NCBI GenBank assembly: GCA_021204085.1
Contig: JAJPZY010000135.1
Coordinates: forward strand, 4,851 to 68,850
Source of the DNA: Clostridiales bacterium
GTDB lineage: Bacteria; Bacillota; Clostridia; Lachnospirales; Lachnospiraceae
Direction: 5' to 3'
Length of the DNA: 64,000 nucleotides
A model generated the notes under the pieces. It was not told where the DNA came from and searched no databases. It saw only the letters and a list, made by a program, of their open reading frames with translations. This document shows, piece after piece, positions 61,905 to 64,000 of the stretch. Position numbers and translations under genes: made by a program. Position 1 is the first letter of the stretch. Every line of letters begins with the position of its first letter.

Positions 61905-63281
61905 ATGGACGCAAAAAGATATCTGGATCTTGTCGAGAGGAGCAACACCGGAGAGAAAGTCGGCAAAAATGATTGGGATATGGATTATATCATTGATAAC
62001 GTCATGGAACTGGTGGACGATTACGATTTTTCCTGGGATAAGCAGGTGCTGATCCCTGAGGATGACAAGCTGCTGGATGATATGATGGAGGCGGCAAAGA
62101 AGCTTCTTTTAAATACCGGCATTTATAATATGTCTACCGGGCGGATTATTGCCTTTTCCGAAGACGAAATCGATGAAGGAATCCGGAATATGAAAACGGA
62201 GCTGGTCATGGGCGAGGGTAAGGATGCGTATACGCTGGCTGCCCGCGGTATCGAGGATCGCAGGCCGCCGGCTGTCTGGGCCGGTAATCCCGGCTGTCCG
62301 ACACCGGAGCGGCTGTATCTGCCGATTATTCAGAGTGTAGCGAAGGAACCTGTGGTCGACCTGCTTACCTGCGGCTCTCTTGTAGATGTGGACGGTTATC
62401 GTGTAAAAAGCGGTGATGTAACTGAGCTTCTGGCTGTTCGCAGAGAGATGAAGTATCTGCATCAGGCACTTGAGGAAGTCGGACGCCCCGGCATGGGGCT
62501 TCTGGCTGCGGAGAGTGCGGTCACAGAGATGGGCGATCTGGCTGCGGTCGGGCAGCAATGGCTTCGGCCCTGCGATTCACATCTGGTGGCGCTGTTTAAT
62601 GAACTGATCATAGATAACGGGAACCTGGTTCGAGCGGCCAGTTCACTGGACTATGGAATGAAAAACGCTTCTCTGGCCTGCACGATGGTCGGCGGTCTGG
62701 GCGGAGACGCGCCCGGAAGCTGTATAATTATGATTGCTTCCATTTTCGCCGCGAATCTGATTGCGCTGGCAGATTATCACCTCTGCCATCCCATTCATAT
62801 CAAAGATGTGGCGACTACGGCGCGGGGATGCCTCTGGCTTCAGTCTGTTCTTTGCCAGACTTTTGCGAAAAACGCGCCGGCAATCATAGTCTGTGATCTC
62901 TGGCCGTCCAGCGGCAGCCTTACCAAAGAGCTGCTCTATGAGGTGGCGGCTAATACGATTGTTGTGACTGTTTCCGGCGGACATCTGGAAGGACTGGGAT
63001 CTGCAAACGGAAATGCTCCGAATGGTACCGGGCTGGAGGTTCGTCTCATGGGAGAGGTTGGAAAGGCAGTCGCCCGACAGGGGATGACAAGGTCTGAAGC
63101 GAATGCCATTGTCTTACAGCTGGTCGAAAAGTATGAGCATATCTTTCAGATGGAAGACGGCAACAAAGGAGAGCCGTTCGATGTGTCTTATAATATGGAG
63201 ACCATTGAGCCTGTTCCGGAGTGGCAGCAGATGTACGATGAAGTCAAAGAAGAACTGACACAGATGGGTATTCGATTTTGA
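61905..63281 (+). CDS. Monomethylamine:corrinoid methyltransferase (MtmB)-family protein without pyrrolysine
   Basis: 458 aa; TGEKV..DWD, DRRPP, GRPGMG, LFNELIID, TGLEVRLMGEV and GEPFDVSYNMETIEP; CTG (Leu200) where MtmB has the amber/Pyl codon. Confidence 0.85.
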   Translation: MDAKRYLDLVERSNTGEKVGKNDWDMDYIIDNVMELVDDYDFSWDKQVLIPEDDKLLDDMMEAAKKLLLNTGIYNMSTGRIIAFSEDEIDEGIRNMKTELVMGEGKDAYTLAARGIEDRRPPAVWAGNPGCPTPERLYLPIIQSVAKEPVVDLLTCGSLVDVDGYRVKSGDVTELLAVRREMKYLHQALEEVGRPGMGLLAAESAVTEMGDLAAVGQQWLRPCDSHLVALFNELIIDNGNLVRAASSLDYGMKNASLACTMVGGLGGDAPGSCIIMIASIFAANLIALADYHLCHPIHIKDVATTARGCLWLQSVLCQTFAKNAPAIIVCDLWPSSGSLTKELLYEVAANTIVVTVSGGHLEGLGSANGNAPNGTGLEVRLMGEVGKAVARQGMTRSEANAIVLQLVEKYEHIFQMEDGNKGEPFDVSYNMETIEPVPEWQQMYDEVKEELTQMGIRF

Positions 63282-63292
63282 AGAAATGAAAT

Positions 63293-63339
63293 GCGGTTGG
63301 TGCTTAACGGTTAAACATCGATAAGTGCCGGCCGCTTTT
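63293..63339 (+). terminator. Intrinsic terminator closing the ABC-mtmB-like operon
   Basis: 14-bp stem gcggttggtgctta/taagtgccggccgc with four G-U pairs (pairs only on the + strand RNA), followed by TTTT. Confidence 0.65.
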
Positions 63340-63376
63340 GCTATAATCGTGAAAATTGTGAAAAAATAAACATATA

Positions 63377-63405
63377 TTGACTGATGATTCCTCGGTTGTT
63401 ACAAT
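63377..63405 (+). promoter_or_regulatory. sigmaA-type promoter of the last gene
   Basis: TTGACT-17 bp-TACAAT. Confidence 0.65.
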
Positions 63406-63428
63406 AACTGTATATCAATTTCGGAAGA

Positions 63429-63477
63429 GGCAAAGGCGCCATGAGAGACGAGAGTTTTTCATGGTGCCTTTCTTTTT
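63429..63477 (+). promoter_or_regulatory. Leader terminator overlapped by an ANTAR-like hairpin
   Basis: GGC-AAAGGC-GCC (3-bp stem, hexaloop with A1 and G4) overlaps the 5' arm of terminator aaaggcgccatga/tcatggtgccttt-cttttt. Confidence 0.6.
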
Positions 63478-63571
63478 AGCCTCTTGTAATGTAAAAATGA
63501 GATTTTGCATTTTTGATAGTAAATGCACCGGCAGAAATAAGGAAGTTCTATCAGGAAAGGAGACACAGAAC

Positions 63572-64000
63572 ATGAGCGCATTTGAACCGATTTTATGCGG
63601 ACACCCGGGAGTAGACGAGGTCCTGGACAGCATTCGTCTGGGCGACAACGTGGTCTGGCAGGTGACGACTCTGGAGGAGTTTAAATGTTTTGCTGACCCG
63701 TTTGTAAAACAGGCAATTGCGGATGGAAGAAATCTGATCTACATGCGGTTCGGTAATCATGAGCCGCTCCTTTCACCTCAGCCGGGCTTAAAGATTTATG
63801 AGTTTGATCCGAATGAGGGATTCGAGACGTTTACCGTGAATATTCGCAGCCGAATTACGGAGGAAGGATTTGACGCGTTTTATGTCTTTGACAGCCTGTC
63901 TTCGTTACAGTCTGTCTGGTATACCGACCTGATGATGGGAAACTTTTTCCGTCTGACCTGTCCGTACCTTTTTATTCTCGACACGGTGGCTTATTTTCCG
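63572..64000 (+). CDS. Clostridial PEP/pyruvate-binding-domain (PPDK-like) protein, N-terminal part; runs off the right edge
   Basis: AAGGAG RBS; MSAFEPILCGHPGVDEVLDSIRLGDNVVWQV...SVWYTDLMMGNFFRLTCPYLF, open to the window end. Confidence 0.7.
   Translation, partial: MSAFEPILCGHPGVDEVLDSIRLGDNVVWQVTTLEEFKCFADPFVKQAIADGRNLIYMRFGNHEPLLSPQPGLKIYEFDPNEGFETFTVNIRSRITEEGFDAFYVFDSLSSLQSVWYTDLMMGNFFRLTCPYLFILDTVAYFP

Noticed and set aside
3802-63000. Numerous long antisense ORFs in the track (e.g. 3802-4680, 12382-13371, 49710-50486, 55500-56321)
   Set aside because: Each lies fully opposite a well-supported gene and has no recognisable motif. This is expected from codon bias at about 50% GC.
61905-63281. 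Link between the MtmB-like enzyme and methylamine made from cyanide by the nitrogenase-like proteins
   Set aside because: The loci are over 30 kb apart, and the enzyme lacks the Pyl needed for methylamine. The link is purely speculative.

Overview
A 64-kb chromosomal window from an anaerobic, spore-forming Clostridia-type Firmicute. The gene content looks Lachnospiraceae-like (inference). Most of it is housekeeping: ychF, nrdR, efp, pyrBI, recG, gmk-rpoZ-rimO, coaD, recU, the his cluster and lysA. Two accessory loci stand out. (1) A ~13.6-kb co-directional metallocofactor cluster (16563-30134) encodes an [FeFe]-hydrogenase maturase HydF, two NifH-like Fe proteins, two alpha/beta pairs of divergent nitrogenase component-1-like proteins, and the Fe(CN)2CO-building maturases HypF, HypC, HypD and HypE. 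The window has no hydrogenase, hypA/hypB, hydE/hydG or nifB, and the cluster sits behind a promoter followed by an unrecognised terminator-containing leader. (2) A five-gene operon (56793-63281) couples a BMP/nucleoside-type ABC importer to a pyrrolysine-free homolog of the monomethylamine methyltransferase MtmB. Intergenic DNA carries two families of modular palindromic (REP/BIME-like) repeats and two MITE-like inverted-repeat elements. No rRNA, tRNA, CRISPR array or transposase was seen. Family assignments come from motif recognition only; no database search was run.
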